This document shows positions 61,763-64,000 of a stretch of DNA of 64,000 bases, piece after piece (the stretch's first letter is position 1; each line of letters opens with the position of its first letter). The DNA is from Stegostoma tigrinum (taxonomy: Eukaryota). The notes beneath the pieces are model-generated. The model was not told where the DNA came from and searched no databases. It worked only from the letters and a program-made list of their open reading frames with translations. The position numbers and the translations under genes were made by a program. The stretch covers positions 24,868,827-24,932,826 of the forward strand of contig NC_081386.1 in assembly GCF_030684315.1 (NCBI RefSeq). Reading direction: 5' to 3'.

Positions 61763-63419
61763 GTAAGATGTTTTGTTGCAGCTGTTTTGACAGCATCCAT
61801 CTTATTGTGAAGCTGTGAATTGTTTCTATGAAGGCTTTGTAATTTCCTAGTCATAATTCAAAACTTGCTATTGTTGCATAATAATTTTGATCCCATTATT
61901 TTAGCTTGGCTTATTTGGTAGTGCTTCTACTTTGAAGTTTGAGTTAACAGTCTAAAGTGACACTTGAAATCAATTGAGGAGGATCTTGCACTGTTGACAG
62001 TGATGTTTTTCAGACATGATGTTGAGCAACCTGCTTTCTCAGTGCTTTAAAGAGCCCATGGCACATCTTCAAGAACATTACAGTTTTTGTTTCAATCTAC
62101 CTTTGCTCAATCACATATAGAACATAGAACAATACAGCGCAGAACAGACCCATCGGCCCTTGATGTTGCGCTGACCTGTGAACTAATCTAAGCCCATCCC
62201 CCTATGTTATGAGGTCTTTCAAAAGATGATGATCTTGGAAACTGTCAGTGCCAATTTTCAAGTTGAGATGAATAAACTAACAAATTATAAGTGCATTAAC
62301 TCATGTATTGCACACCATTGAGTTAAACTTTGGATTGAACTAAACAGCGACTGAAATGAAATGTCAGTTTGGGTTAATATTATTGCTGCGTATTAATAAA
62401 ACTTAGAAACCATCAAATAGAGTTCCATTTTTTCTAAGAAAAGGATACTTGAGCGTCATCATAGTTAGGTCAAATCCTGTATGTTTTAGCAGGAGCCAAT
62501 GCACAGTAATGTGGAACAGAAGGTCTGGCTGTTTTAAACTGATCTGTCTCTGAAAAACAGCAGTCAATTGTAGCACCTTTGCTGCTGTCTCAGTTCAGAT
62601 CAACAAAGCTACAGTGCTACCCTATGGAATGCAAGTTGTGATGAAATTCATTTCTGTGAATCCAATTGTACCAGGGAAACTAGTATTCTTTGTGAAGTAC
62701 GATAATCAGAGTACAGACAGTTCAAGAGTTACTAGGTGGAAGCTTTCAATTCTGCTCAGCAGCAAGGCAGGAGTTATTGCAAAGTTCCACTAATAAATAA
62801 GCACAGCTGAGTATGGGGCATGAAAAGCCCATTTCCTGTCTTTGTTTTTTTTAATTATTCAATTGTGGGACGTGGGTGAAGTTGGCTGGCCAGCATTTAT
62901 TGCCTGTGCCTAGCTGCCCCTGAGAAGGTGGTTGTGAGCTGCTTTCTTGAACTGTGTCAGAAGTCAGACAACACCAGATTGTAGTCAAAACAGGTTTATT
63001 TGAATACACAAGCTTTCGGAGCCTCACAACCTCTCTCACTGAAGGAGGAGTATCAGGCACAGAATTTATAAGTAAAAGTTTGAAGGGTCACACCACGGAT
63101 AAGTATATATTAAACCTGAGATGCTGCTAAAGCTACAATCAGTTAGAAGGCTTTAATTGATTAATTAGTATATGTAAATCCCCAAATTCCTTAACAAGTC
63201 ACTGTCCTGAGACAACTGAAGGTTTTACCAGTGTAAAGAAAAAGGTGACATTTTAGATCAGACAATGCATGTTAGGTGTGAAGCCTTGTTTAGAATCTGT
63301 TTGTGGTTCGGTTTGGAGTCATATCAGCAAAGACACGAATCTATGGGGTGAAATTGTGTGTGTCTGTGTCTGTGTGACCACCTCGGTACAATTGGATCCT
63401 TGGTCGGATCCTCCTGGGT

Positions 63420-64000
63420 AATCCATAACAGGTAAGGGAAGCAAACAACTCCTCCACAACAGTTTTTTGCTTTGACATTCCATAATGTAATTGTCTTCAG
63501 AAACCTGGTAGACACATCCATTAGAGTAGACTCCCTACAGTGTGGAAACAGGCCCTTCGACCCAACAAGTCCACACCGCCCTGTGGAACATCCCACCCAG
63601 ACCCATCCCCCTATAACCCTCACACCCCTGAACACTACGGGCAATTTAGCATGGGCAATCCACCTAGCCTGCACACCTTTGGACTGTGGAAGGAAACCGG
63701 AGGAAACCCACGCAGACACGGGGAGAATGTGCAAACCCCACCCAGACGGTTACCCAAGACTGGAATCGAACCTGGGTCCCTGGCACTGTGAGGCTGCAGT
63801 GCTAACCACTGAGCCACCGTGCTGCCTGTCAAAACACCAGATGGGTTTGTGGATTAATAGTCTAGCGATAATACCACTAGGCCAAATACTGGTTCGTACT
63901 TTTGGTTTTAGGAGGGGACCTACGCGATTCTAATCCATGTAAAAGGTTCTTCAAATACAGGAGTTGGCATCAAAGGTGCTGGTTTTATTACTGCCTGTGC
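63420..64000 (-). mobile_element. Gypsy-type integrase relic interrupted by SINEs
   Basis: The minus strand reads QAVIKPAPLMPTPVFEEPF...VGP.PKTKSTNQYL (63880-64000), then MDVSTRFLKTITLWNVKAK (63460-63522). Confidence 0.7.
63522..63827 (-). mobile_element. Full-length HE1/V-SINE
   Basis: tRNA-derived head with A box TGGCTCAGTGG and B box GGTTCGATTCC, V-domain TTTGCACATTCTCCCCGTGTCTGCGTGGGTTTCCTCCGG, and a CR1-like tail. Confidence 0.9.

Noticed and set aside
63522-63827. tRNA gene
   Set aside because: The tRNA-like head continues into a V-domain and LINE tail, so it is an HE1-type SINE.

Overview
This is vertebrate genomic DNA, almost certainly a cartilaginous fish (shark), judged from HE1/V-SINE, CR1 and Penelope repeat content. 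The left half holds two minus-strand UDP-glucuronosyltransferase genes whose whole CDS lies in one exon (UGT5-like; 5485-7098 and 24901-26502). Each has a candidate non-coding first exon and promoter carrying a DR1 element. The right half holds a tRNA-Arg(ACG) gene (47587-47659, minus) and an extremely CCAAT-dense promoter. These are followed by the first 14 coding exons of FANCI (plus strand, 51103-61762, continuing beyond the window), which include two GC-AG introns. Most remaining sequence is transposon-derived: a near-full-length CR1, an RTE nested in a solo LTR, a Tx1/L1-like element, several Penelope-like elements, SINEs, a split 5S pseudogene and a Gypsy integrase relic. Five signals stand out: (i) roughly 20 Penelope-type minimal hammerhead ribozyme cores, many in short, TSD-flanked, palindromic non-autonomous units; (ii) gene-conversion homogenisation of only the C-terminal half of the two UGTs; (iii) conserved and duplicated UGT promoter/first-exon modules; (iv) two local templated-insertion scars; (v) a phased CCAAT array upstream of FANCI. 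All calls are by eye; no searches were run.
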